Positions 49,378 to 61,420 of a stretch of DNA of 64,000 nucleotides are shown here, piece by piece (within the stretch, counting starts at the first letter, position 1; each line of letters starts with the position of its first letter). The notes beneath the pieces are model-generated. The model searched no databases, was not told where the DNA came from, and saw only the letters and a list, made by a program, of their open reading frames with translations. This DNA is from Elsinoe ampelina. Lineage: Eukaryota. The stretch lies in contig ML992511.1 of NCBI GenBank assembly GCA_010093995.1, positions 109,917 to 173,916 of the forward strand. The letters are read 5' to 3'. The position numbers and the translations under genes were made by a program.

Positions 49378-51159
49378 ATGCATTTCGTCAACTCTGCCAT
49401 GGGCATTGCTGCTCTCCTCGCTGCTCCAGCAGAAGCCTTCTTCCGTATGGGATGCGGCTCTCCCATCGTCACCGAGCGTATCGATCCTATCATCTCGCCC
49501 GGGCAAGTCAGTGGTCACGTACATCAAGTCGTGGGTGGCAATGGGTTCGGCTTCACCCAGGACTTTGCCGCAGCACGTCGCTCCACCTGTACCTCTTGCA
49601 CCGTCTCCAAGGATCTATCCAACTATTGGACCCCAATCCTGTACTACAAGAACAAGAATGGTAAGCTCGAGAGGGTCGAGCAGAATGGTGGCGTGCTGGT
49701 CTACTATCTCCAGCGCCCAGAATCCAACAAGAACCTGAAGGCGTTCCCTGAAAACTTCCGCATGGTCGCCGGCGACCCCTTCAGGCGCAATGCCACCTCC
49801 GACTTTGCCGGAAAGGCAGTCAACTTCGCCTGTCTCAACTACAATGGCCCAGCCAAGCCGGAGACTCAGAACCTTCCTCCCTACAATTGCCCGAATGGTG
49901 TTCGTGCTCAAGTCTTCTTCCCTTCATGCTGGGATGGTAAGAACACCGACTCTCCCGACCACAAGTCTCACATGTCCTACCCTGCTTCTGGAAGCCACGA
50001 CAATGGTCCTTGCCCTGCTTCTCACCCAGTGCAGCTGGTCTCCATTTTCTACGAGGTCATCTTCAACACCAACAAGCTTGAATTTTGGGCTGGCGACCAG
50101 GGTACCAACCAGCCTTTCATCTTCGCCCAAGGTGATGCCACTGGCTACGGCTTCCACGGTGACTTCTTGAACGGCTGGGACATTCCTCTTCTCCAGAAAG
50201 CTGTCGATCAGTGCCGCAACCTCAGTGGTGAGCTCGAGGACTGCCCTGTACTCAAGCCATACCTTCAGTCTGGCCAAGCTCAGAACCAGTGCACCATTCC
50301 TGATTCCGTTGGCGAAGACATCACCGGTCCTTTCGACAAGCTTCCTGGTTGCAATCCTATTACTGCTGGACCTGCTAGAGCCGCCCCCGTCGCAAATTGC
50401 GCCATCACCCGCATCGCTGGACCTAAGCTTTCCTTCACCGACAAGCTATCCGCTGGCTGGGCTTACCAAGGATGCGCTCCCGACAACACTGGGACACGTA
50501 CCCTCACTGGTTACAGCAATGTCTACAACACTGATCAGGGTACCACTTCCGTCGACACCTGCATCGCCAAGTGCAAGGGCTTCCAGTACATGGGTCTCGA
50601 GTACGGCAAGCAGTGCTTCTGTGGAAACTCTCTGCCTTCCGACCGTGTTCCTTCGTCCACAACCTATGGACAGTGTAACATGCCTTGCGCTGGTAATAGC
50701 ACTCAGATTTGCGGTGGTGGATCACAGCTCAGTCTCTACAAGGCTTGCACAGGCTCAGGCTGCACTAACGCTGCTTACAAGCCCATCGGCGACTTGACTG
50801 GCAGTGGTGGCAGCATTTCGCCCACTTCTTCCGCTGCTGCGCCAGTCGTACCTGCTGCTAGCAGCGCGACAGCTCCTGCTCCTGCTAAATCCAGCACCAC
50901 TGTTCAAGTCGCGCCTGCTGCACCCACCACCACAAAGCTCGCCAACAACAACGCAGCGGCTCCACCCGCAGCTACGACAACCCCCGCTTCTCCTCTGCCA
51001 AATGGCTACACCTACGCCACGGTCACCATCAACAACGTCGTCTATGTCACCGCCATCAAGACAGTCACTGCCGACACCCCCGCAGCTACGACTACCACCA
51101 GGAGGAAGAGAAAGCACGGTCGCGCTCACAGGGCCATGCTTAAGAGGGACAGTTTCTAG
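49378..51159 (+). CDS. Secreted DUF1996 + WSC domain protein
   Basis: Signal peptide, ERIDPIISPG..SGHVHQVVGG, DLSNYWTP, FPSCWDGKN and GYGFHGDFLNGWD. WSC domain YQGC...YMGLEYGKQCFCG...CNMPCAGNSTQICGG, then an Ala/Thr/Pro-rich tail and a basic C-terminus. Confidence 0.92.
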   Translation: MHFVNSAMGIAALLAAPAEAFFRMGCGSPIVTERIDPIISPGQVSGHVHQVVGGNGFGFTQDFAAARRSTCTSCTVSKDLSNYWTPILYYKNKNGKLERVEQNGGVLVYYLQRPESNKNLKAFPENFRMVAGDPFRRNATSDFAGKAVNFACLNYNGPAKPETQNLPPYNCPNGVRAQVFFPSCWDGKNTDSPDHKSHMSYPASGSHDNGPCPASHPVQLVSIFYEVIFNTNKLEFWAGDQGTNQPFIFAQGDATGYGFHGDFLNGWDIPLLQKAVDQCRNLSGELEDCPVLKPYLQSGQAQNQCTIPDSVGEDITGPFDKLPGCNPITAGPARAAPVANCAITRIAGPKLSFTDKLSAGWAYQGCAPDNTGTRTLTGYSNVYNTDQGTTSVDTCIAKCKGFQYMGLEYGKQCFCGNSLPSDRVPSSTTYGQCNMPCAGNSTQICGGGSQLSLYKACTGSGCTNAAYKPIGDLTGSGGSISPTSSAAAPVVPAASSATAPAPAKSSTTVQVAPAAPTTTKLANNNAAAPPAATTTPASPLPNGYTYATVTINNVVYVTAIKTVTADTPAATTTTRRKRKHGRAHRAMLKRDSF

Positions 51160-51780
51160 ATATTCCTCGAACCCATCTAGACACATTACGAATACCTTGA
51201 CTTCTACACTTTCGCTTATGACTTTGACGATGGGGATTTGGCAAGGTCTCTGGGACGACTTGCGGCGGATTGAGGATACAAGGACTGGGTGGCGCTATCT
51301 GGCTGGAGATGACTGTAACGGCTTATCCTAGTGGATGGTAAGGGATTTCACTTCTGACATGTTCGAATATGAAAAGCTTCTCTGTCCCTGTCTGGCATCA
51401 CGTGTGAAATTTCCTTGACCTACCACCATGCTGCATTTCAGTCACTTGTGTCCGCGGAAAAGCAATGCGGCGTGATTTCATTAGTCACTATTACTGGTTC
51501 ACTGATCTAGATCATCGATCTCGCGGAGCCGGAGACATCTCCTTGCCTTTTTCGGCTGCGGCAGCTCCACCTATCATCTTTTCGTCAGCTGGGCAAACGG
51601 ATGCGTTTCCGAACAAGAATAGGCCTCGGACCATTTCCCTCCCCCATTGATCGTCACGTCCTCCGTCCTACCGTCAATTCTGACAACTTGGCCCACTACA
51701 CGTGAAAATCTCCTTGTGGCGGCACCACCAGGAACGCCTATGAACCAGCCACATGGAAACGACCACTTGTCGATCCCTTG

Positions 51781-54046
51781 ATGCCGCAACAACGCGTCCT
51801 CTTTCCCAACCAAGGATTTAGGACGCCCAACGACGATCAAGCAGCCTCCGAAACATCGAAACACCGAAAGCGCACTCAGATCAACGTCGCGTGCAACTAT
51901 TGTCGCAGTCGAAAGCACAAAGTCGGTACTTGGCGACTGTGAGGACAAGTGCATACACTGACATCTCACCAGTGCAGCGGTGAACGACCAGTATGTGCAG
52001 CGTGTCAGGACAGAGGCAGAGAATGTGTATACGAAGCAGACCCGGACTCGACGCGTGCCGTCACGCTCAAACGAACGCACGCTGTACTCGAACAAGAAAC
52101 TCAGAATCTACGACAGCTGGTGGAGCTTTTGCGAACGCGACCTCGAACAAATATCGAAGCCATCATCCGACAACTGAGGGAGGGCGACGACGTGCAGACT
52201 GCGATTGGCAACGCTGATGCGGCAGTGGAAAGATTGACAGGTCGACTGAGTGGCATAGAGGTGCAATGGAACCTAGTAGTGGCGGGTCGAGACACACTGA
52301 GGGATCTGGTGAGGTCAAACTTCAAGTCGCTATACCCCGTCATCCCTCCTGGCAGGAGCGCTGCCTCTTCTCGAACGTCATCAACATGCTCGAGTAAGGA
52401 CCGCCGCATGACAATTCGCAACCTGTTAGCGACTGATGAGCCGGATAGTCGTCAGCAACGAATTCATGGCGTTACAACACCTCTCACCACTGGCTTCGAC
52501 CCCGCTTCCTTGTCCCAATTGAGACCACTGGTAGATGATCGATTGGCTGCGGTGGAACCGAGATTGTGGACGACGGTTAGTGTGTCGCAGATCGAGATGG
52601 CGAACATGCTGTCGGTGTATCTCTGCTGGCATCACACCGAATACCGCCTATTCGACGAGGACGCGTTCATCCAGGATCTGTTATCGGGAGACACGGAATA
52701 CTGCTCGCAGCTGCTGGTCAATTCCATCTGCAGCTTCGTAGCAGTCAGTTTGGTCATTGTGCTACCAGTGAGGTTCTGACAAAACATAGACTAAGCTCGG
52801 AAACCATGACCGCGGTCGAACGCTGACACTTAGGCAAGCTTTCATAGAAGAGGCCATTAGGTTGTGGACAGAGAGCCGTCAGCTATTTACGGTGACAGTA
52901 GTATCGGCTGCTTGTATCCTCAGTCTGTCCGACTATTTCCACACCAACGAGACTTTGTCGACAAACATTCTCCAGCATGGCTTTTATGTGGCTGGTAGGC
53001 TTGGTATCTTTAGTGCGACGACAGCGACAGAACCCACAACGAGCGCACTTCAGAAGGAATACAAGGCAAAAGCGATCGCTGGCTGGGGATGCTACAGAGT
53101 CTGCACGTAGGTCATTTCCTTTCGTGTGCGCCAACAGATCAGACTCTTACCAAGGACCAGAACAGTAGCACTTCACGTTTTGGAAGGACCGGATTGCTCA
53201 AGAGAGCCCTCCTTACCAGCAATCGGGAAAGATGTGGCGGATGTAGACAAGTGGCTGTCGTGGCCGCGCAGCTCGGATGTGGAAGAGTCAACACCTTTTT
53301 CGACTTCATCTAGCTTTGCCTCCTGCTCTTTAGCAAGGCTCATGTCAGATCACACTTCACTACGTCGATACCTGATCGACGCGAGGCTGGCGGGTCGAGC
53401 TACCAGCGAAGTAGTCTCACTACAGATGGCCACTCTCCTCCTACACAACTTGACGCAATGGGCCGACAGTCTGCATCCTCAGCTGCAATGCCACGCGTCA
53501 GCGCGCCCATTTGTGCTTGGGATGCACTTGACTGCACACAAGATCGTTCTTGAGAGCTTCCGACCATTCGTGGGTCGTGATAGGATCTCTTCACAGATCT
53601 ACACGTCTTCGTTGAAGCAAATGACCGAGCTGATACGACAATCGCACAGGCAATGGGGCAGGCTGCCCAACTTGTCAAACGCGGTCGGCACCCTTTATAA
53701 TGTCTTGTACAGCCTCACTCCATTCCTCGAGATGGACCGCGAAGCCAATGAGTCTTTCCTCCTAGTCGCAGAGATACTCCGTCACCAGAGCGGCACCAAC
53801 CCCATGATAGCTGGGCTTCTTCGATACGTCCTGTCTGCCGCCGTCGAGAAAGGCGCGCGACTGCCTCCAGAAGCGGACGAGATCCTGCAAAAGCTCCTGG
53901 TCGAAGAAGATGACGCGAACCCAGACGACAAGGTCAACGCGAGTTCTTTCTCCTTCATTGCCGACCTGGATATGTTATATTCGGACCCTGAGGCAGCGAC
54001 GTTGAGATCCTCTTTGAAGAGAATGAAGGATGGAAGGATACCCTAG
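51781..54046 (+). CDS. Zn(II)2Cys6 fungal transcription factor, 4 exons
   Basis: ACNYCRSRKHK|CSGERPVCAACQDRGRECVY spans an intron at about 51922-51972, followed by a coiled coil. The middle region has WTTV..LSVYLCWHH..FDEDAFIQDL..YCSQLLVNSI. Confidence 0.88.
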
Positions 54047-55298
54047 AGTTTACACGATTAATATGAGTCCACGAGCATGAATACACGGCCTTTCTTCAAT
54101 CGTCCAACCTACCTCGAACATGTCTCGCGCAAAGACTTGCGCCAAACCATCGAAAGACGCGTGACCGAATAATGCACGTCTGGACGAACAAACAACATTC
54201 TCACAACGACCAAAACCAAACCTCTCAAGCGAGTGCGACCCAGCACCAGACAATCACCTGGTCCAAGCAACCCCCAAACAACCGTCAACCATAGCCCTAC
54301 CGTGCTCGCCCAGCCGTGCAATAACCCTCGATGACCCACCTCCCACAGATGCCCGCGTCGAACCACGCGCTCACGCATCGGCAAGAGGAAAAAAACCCGG
54401 CACAAGCCAGCCAGTCAGTCCCAATGAAAAGCTCTAGCGCGAGAGACACTCCCACACGCAAGCCACTAGCCCCTAGCGGCCGAAACCTCCTTTGGAGTCT
54501 TTGACAAGCTCAACTCGACCAAAGACGCGACAGCAAACATCCCATCCCATCCCATCATCTCATGACCGACAGTCAGTTAGGACACCACGAGGCACCACCA
54601 TCGACGTCCTTTCAAACAAACCACCAACCCCAACCTTCACGAAAACTACCCGGCCAACTTCCCGTCCAAGTCGCCCGCGAGTGAGCGCGAAGGAAGAAAG
54701 AAAAACCACCACCCGTCTGCAAGTGACTGAACCCTGTGGCTCGAGTGAGTGATGAAGCTGCGACACTAAATTAGCCCGGGAATTTTTGCGCGACTTTTTC
54801 GGGGCACGGGGGCGAACTCGAAAGGAGGCGCGGGACGGCCCGTGGGGGCGGGTGGCGGTGATGTCATTCGCATCGGGCATCGGGTTTGGGGTGCGGGCGG
54901 GCGAGGCGGGGAACAACAAGGGGAGTGAGGACGTCGGTGGAGATGGTTTGGGATTTTACTTGGTCGAACGATCTTGAGAGAGAACGGCGAGCGTCTGGTG
55001 GACACTGCCCCTGGCTACGTCGAGCGAGTGCGGGTTGGAGCAATGGTCGTGGTCAGGTAAGAAGCGTCACCGCGCTGTGTGTCGAGAGACCCGTAAGAAC
55101 AACAGCACAGACGTGAAAGGCAAACAGCCAAGTCGTCAATCGTTCATTCAAGTCATGATAGCTACGAATACCAATCATACCGCCCATATCATGACATTCA
55201 TCACTCTGAGTCGCCACACATCACACTCACAAGCCCTTCCCTTCCCGCCCGCTTCTCGTCACGTCCGTCCACCATTCACCCGTACTCCTCCTTCCTCT

Positions 55299-57519
55299 CT
55301 AAGCCAAGGTACACTCGCTCGACACACCTCCCGTCTGATCACAAGTCCCCGCGAAAGTCCCCGACCCAAACCCATCGGTCGCGACACCCGACCCGCTCTG
55401 TCCACTGTTGAACAAGCGACATGCGCCCGTTGCGTTCTCGAAATCGAAGCTGAAGCAGTTGTCAAAAGAGTCGCAGTAGAACTCGCAGAGACCGTAGTCG
55501 CGCACCGAGCTGATGGTGCGGAGGACGGTGGTGCCCGAGAAGCGTTGACCGCAGGTTTGCGTGTACTGGCATCTGCAGGGGCCGGCGCCGCCGAATGTTG
55601 GTGGAGAGTTGACGCAGGTGCGGGCATCGGTGGGCGTGGGGAATGCGGAGCTGGTCGTGGTGGTAGAAGTGGTCGTGGTCGATTCTGCTGTGGTTGCGGT
55701 GGTGGAAGGCTCAGTCGAGGCAGTAGTTGTGGTTGTCGCAGTGGCGGTGGTGGATTCTGTAGTCGTGGTGGTAGTAGTGGAATCTGTGGTTGATGCCGTA
55801 GTTGATGCAGTGGTCGATGCAGTAGTGCTAGCAGTCGTGGAAACCGTGGTTGTGAGGGTTGTAGTCGCAGTCGTTGAAGCAGTCGTGGTGGCTGAAGTCG
55901 ACAGTTTGCTGCTCGAGGATGTTGAGCTCAAAACCTGACTACAAGCCGAGGAAAGGATCGATGCAGGGAAGCGGCGCAATCCATCTGGAGTTGCAACGCC
56001 TGCTGGAGATGTGCTTGTTGTGGTTGCGACAGTGATAGTCCGCTTCTGAAGTCTTCGTGCCGGTGTTACCGCAGCATAGATGCCGTCGGTCTGGGTTTCA
56101 GCATAATTATGCTTAAGCTGAACTTGGTTGGCAGCTCGGCGGCGCAGGCTAGCGGCAAGGCTTGGTGTGGTAGAAGGAGTCGTGCTTGGTGTAAACACTA
56201 GGGTGGTGGATGGAGTCGTGATTGGAGTTGTGGTTGCAGTTGTGGTGGCCTGTGAAGTGCTGGTAGGTGAGCCGCCGGACCCTAAAAGGGTTGAGCAGAA
56301 CGGCTGCAGGCTACTGAAGACAATGGCTCTCCTTGCCTGGTAGATTGCAAGAGGTTTGTTAGGCTTTACACCTGCGCTGGTGGCGTTTGTGAAAGCGTAA
56401 CTGTTTGCAAGAAGATAGCGATCATTGCCACGGACCTGGCCTCTGTTGGTGGCGAAGCTAGCAGGCCACGAGGTCGAGTAGAGAGCGCAGACTTGTCCTT
56501 GTAGTTGCCTAGTGTCGTTGACATAGAGGATGTAGGTGTTGAAGAACTGGCACGTCTGCACAGGGCCACCGTCAGATGGGGGGTTGCGAATGGCATAGGC
56601 AGTCCTCAAAGTACAAGCGTCTGCACAGAGGGAAGCATTGTAAGGCCCAGATGTGAAGATGGAGACTCCCAAGTAGGTATCAGCGCCCTCCGAGTCATAG
56701 GGAGCGTTAATTGCCGAGTTATTCAGGAAGAGAGGATCGGTGTAGCCACGCGGAATGGGAATGGAGCTGTTCTGGTAGCCGTTGGACCCAGCGATAAGGG
56801 TCCGGAACTGGTTGCGAGTCTGACCAAAGTTGTTGGCATTCTCGGCGGTGACTGGTCCTCCCCAAAAGACGCATTTGATGTAGGTCACACTGGGAGGATT
56901 GGGACAATTCGCACCGGGGGTGACGCTCGGCTCCCTCGAGAAATAGATGTTGAAAGATTGGCATCCGGATATCCTTGAGCACCTTGCACCGCAAGCATTG
57001 GTATCGTATGTGCTTAGTCTGGTGAATCCAAGGTAGCCATACGCACTAGTCTTGATTAATTCCCATTCGAGATTACGGCCTAGTATGTACATACTTATTG
57101 GAAGCGTTGCGGTTGCTGAAAGACAAGGAGTAGCCTGTTGGTACTGGTGCATTCGTCGCGGCCGAGGCGAAAGCGGGATTGGTGCTGAAAGCCGAAGGAG
57201 TGTCAGGGCTATAAGAGTAGCCAGTGACACCGGTTGGATTGGGATCGCAAGCAGCCCGCTTCTGCAGGGTAGCAGACTTCGTAGGTGCGACCACGAGCGT
57301 AGTCTTGGTATCGGTGATCTGCGGCAGAGCCGAAGATAACACGGCAGCAGCATTGTAGCTGACGATTTGCGCAGTGGCGGTTGCGGGGACCACAGTTGGG
57401 TAGGTAATATCAGGGACAGTTGCGGCCAGCGCAACGAAATCGATATTCTGAGGCATGGCAGCTGGTACGGCGAAAGCCACACCTGCCAGAGCAGGGATGA
57501 CAGCCTTGAGTCCAAGCAT
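55299..57519 (-). CDS. Secreted Cys-containing, Thr-rich protein with PAN/apple-like modules
   Basis: Signal peptide MLGLKAVIPALAGVAFA and intron 57046-57094. Cys modules CGARCSRISGCQSFNIYF and LCADAC..CQFFNTY, a long Thr/Ser stalk, and C-terminal CEFYCDSFDNCFSFDF..CRLF. Confidence 0.85.
55650..55900 (-). repeat. Coding low-complexity repeat, (STTA)n / poly-Thr
   Basis: Degenerate 12-nt units (e.g. GTTGATGCAGTG on +) encoding STTASTTASTTA. Confidence 0.8.
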
Positions 57520-59983
57520 GTTAAGAGAGATATAAAGAAGGGGCTTTAAAATGGAGGAGTAGGAGTTGATGATCAAGGAAGTACTCCAAGAGGAAATCGA
57601 CGGAGATCTTATAACATTGAGGGCGCCCAAGCTTTTGGGAAAGAAGAACGATCACGCACTCCACGAATGCATGTCGATCCAAGGCATTTGTCCACTACCA
57701 GACCTTTAAGATGCCGGATATCCATCGGTGTAAGCGACACCATGAACATGCAGATGGGCCGGTGAACCTCTCGTGCAGCACTGGGATCGCCTCCTGCTCA
57801 GCATCAAGTTTTGGCAACCTCGCCGACCAATGATGATGGTGCACATGGCAGGGATTTGCGACTACCACCAACCAGAATATGGAGAGGCAGGTCGTGAGCT
57901 GCGAGACCGTTCGCATGAGCTGGAATACGAAGTGGTCATCGCTTGGGGCACCGCTGTGCCGTCGAGTACAGAACAGACTGTTGGACATGTATGGTCGTTG
58001 TTGCGACGGGTTTGTCACCCGTGTAGAGTCGCGTTGTAGGCGCAACGGCCACAAAGCGCGAGAAAGGAGAGACTGTGGCTTGGTGACAAGTGAAGCCAGA
58101 TGATGTCGGTGGAGGGTCAGTCCATTGCATGAATGTTGACAGTATTTGGCAATGTCGGACATGGCTGACACGACTTGAGGATACCGCAGGGTAGTAGGAA
58201 GGAACCGACCTTGCGTGTAGTAGAACGTGGTCGTAAGTGGAGGCAAGTTGCACTGACCAGTCAAGGAGACAGCTGCCCTGGCGATCTGCTCTTGCCCTGC
58301 AGAAAGGACCATGTATGCAATTTTGAACATGCAGGCACAGCATGATCCTCCATCAGTCAGGACCGCAGTACGCATCATCAGCTTCGCCAACGATGTCTTT
58401 GCCATGAACGCCAAAAGGATATCCCAATGCCTTACATCATCAATGTTCCAAGATGCAGTGTTCCAATAGTTCGGCCGCCATCTCAGGCGTTTCTCATGTT
58501 ATAATCGGTCGTGCATGCTGTGTTCGGCGCAGGCCATGGAACGCGATGGGACCTGGTCAAAGCGGGAGTGCATGCACTGCGGCGGCGACCTCCTGAACCG
58601 ATCGGGGAACGCAGAACGGTTTGTCCTGCAGGTCGGACAGCACATTATCAATCTCACGTCGACCACATTGCTGGTAGAGACGTCTCTGGGTCGGTAGCGC
58701 TGTATCTCGTTCGGGCGGGACGCGCTTCCGTCAACGTGTTTTTTGTTGCTGCTGTGAACGCCAGCCAGCCACGTCGACCGCTGTAAGGGATCTTTCTGCG
58801 CTGTACTGGGTCGACGGATCTGAGTGCCATCGCGACGTGTCGATCACGCGTGATAGCGACGAATCTTTGCGAGGCGTGCACTGACAAAGATGAGAAAGCG
58901 GGAAGTAAGATAGATGCGAAGCACTGCGTTTGCCGAGGATAACATTCAAGTCACGTGAGCCTCACCACAGTTGCCAAGGCCAAGTGTCTTCGGTCCGACA
59001 AAGGACCCATAAAGGCCATCGACTGGTCAATAATAATTCCAGCGCCGACCGCAGAGATACAAGCCGTCCACGGTTCTTGCACTATGCGACACATCTCAAC
59101 CAGCTCGGAGCTCTATGGCGCATTCCAGTACTGGTGTGTTTGATTAGTGAAGTTCTTCGCTTCGGCGCAATTCGAGTCGTTTGCATAACGATAGCAACGG
59201 TAACGACATGACGTCTCCCATGATTCTCACTTCGAGAGAGGCTCTGGGAGTCAGAAGCCTTCGGATGCGGAATTCTCGGCCATGATCGGATATCCGGCGG
59301 CTGAGGTAGCGAGGAACATGGCGCTTGATGGCATCTTTTGCCAACCTACGCCAACAGCAATGAGAGACAGCGATAAGAGGGGGTACTCGGCGCGAAGTCG
59401 CCTAAATCACGGATCAAGCTTCCAGAATCCTGCTATCGCTTCATTTTCGGACATGACCGTAAAGCCATGATTCGCAAGTCAAGTGGCCGACATCGGTAAC
59501 AGCCCTCAATGCTGGGGAGCTTGGCTCTCGACATGTATTACGGCTATCTTGACGAGTCTATTATTCCTGGTATCAGTCAAGGCAAAACACATAACCTTCA
59601 ATGGTACAGTTGTGGTAGTTTGTTGAAACCAAACAGCAAACAGTAGCCGGACTGCTCGCCAATACATGCTTGTGAACGGCCATCTCAGCTCTGGATTACT
59701 CATATAAACCACATGGCATCCAAGCTTTTGCCTATAAGCTTCGAGGGTTTCAAGCCTCAGGGCCTTCGACCCGCATTCTACGCTGAACCGACGAATAAGA
59801 GATAACCAACGCTCCATATCGTTCCCCATCGGCCGCTTAGGTCGTCGACGCCACACCATTCGAGACGTCTCGGTCGGAAAGTCAAAGAAATGAACATAAG
59901 TCGGCCCTGTCACCGTGCAAAAATAGGTCTTTGTATCCCAGCCTCTTCATTCTTGCTAGCTTCTTTATTCCTATTCTACCAAC

Positions 59984-61111
59984 ATGTCGGATTCAGGGAC
60001 CCCAGGGGTCAACGTTCGCCCAGATGTGATCATCAACAATTCGATCGCCATGGTGATCCTTGCTACCATTTTTGTGTCACTCCGGTTCTACGTTCGGGCC
60101 ATCATGATAAAGTCGTTCGGCTACGACGATTGGATCCTCCTAGCCGCATATGTATGCACGAGCATTTCAAACTACCTTGCATATACTAAGAGGCATAGAT
60201 CAATTTCATTGTCCTGTCGTCTTTGTCCCTGGCATACGGCTCGCTGGTCAAAGCCAATGGGTTAGAGCCTGTCATTGATCAAGCCACTCTGGTACGATGT
60301 CTGTATTGGAATGCATTCTCGTCGCTGACTTGACCAGATCCTGGTCTTCCGCTCCTTCTTCTACTCAGTTGACATGACCATGGTCAAACTCGCTCTCGCA
60401 GCATTTTACTTCAAGGTCTTACCAAGAGATACCTGGCAACGACACGTCGTCGTCATTGCTACTGGGTTGTTCACACTTTACACCATCACCCTTGGCTTTG
60501 TCTTCCTCTTCCAATGCGGCAACCCAATGGACATTGAATCTACCGATTGCCTACCAGCCCCACCACTCCTAGCTACATCATGGACTCAGGCCTCGCTCAA
60601 TGCTTTTATGGACTGGCTCCTCACCCTGCTCCCTGTCACCATCATCTTCAAAGCGCAAATGTCCAAGCGTACCAAGATCTCCGTCATCGCCCTACTCGGT
60701 CTGGGAGTTCTAGCATCTATCATATCAGTCGCACGCATGCCTCTGCTTCATACTAGCAATGTCACCGGGCTTGACACCTATGTCCGAGTGACTACGCTCC
60801 TGGTAGTGTCCAACTGGGAGAATTGCATCGGTCTCATGGCCATTTCTCTCGCAGCCCTCCGGCCCCTCCTCAGGAAGATCACCAAGGGATCCACCTACGC
60901 CACAGCACAGTACCCGACTGGCAATACGAAGCACGCTTCTATGAAACAGTACAACAAAAGCAGAACGCAAAAGAGCCAGATCGAGGTCCAGACTACCTTT
61001 CAGGTGCATGCCGAGTCCAGCCAAGAAGAGATTGAGCTGATGCGGAGGAGCGAAGAGACCAAATACACTGTTGATGTTGCCAAGGAGCAAGTGAGGAGAG
61101 ACATGGTCTAG
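59984..61111 (+). CDS. PTH11-like (fungal rhodopsin-domain) integral membrane protein without CFEM, 3 exons
   Basis: FVSLRFYVR..FGYDDWILLAA, VKLALAAFYFKV, FQCGNP, MDWLLTLLP..AQMSKRTKISV, ISVARM and WENCIGLMAISLAALRPLL. Confidence 0.88.
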
Positions 61112-61420
61112 AAGACGCCGGATGTTTTTGTGTTGTTAGCAGGCGGCGGGAATTGCATCTTTTTAGCATGGAGTCTTGGTTGTACATATATATACTGGAG
61201 GCAGGAAGATGAGAATTCTAGGGACTTAAGATACCACATATAGCAGAAAAAGGATCTAAAACCATCATTGAGCAATCAGATTCGAAATGAATCCTTGAAT
61301 TGCTCGATCGACACTGTCTGTCTGAGGGCCTGCTACGCCTCGAACAGATTCATCTCCGACGGGACAGCTTAGCGATTCTTGCGCCAAACCTGCCACCCTG
61401 CCTCAGGCCACGCGATATAT

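Noticed and set aside
54780..54789. AATTTTTG resembling an Sm-binding site of a spliceosomal snRNA
   Set aside because: No U1, U2, U4 or U5 signature sequences nearby.
57695..58414. 239-aa minus-strand ORF upstream of the Thr-rich gene
   Set aside because: It starts at a non-ATG codon, has no motifs and no codon bias. It is probably promoter DNA.
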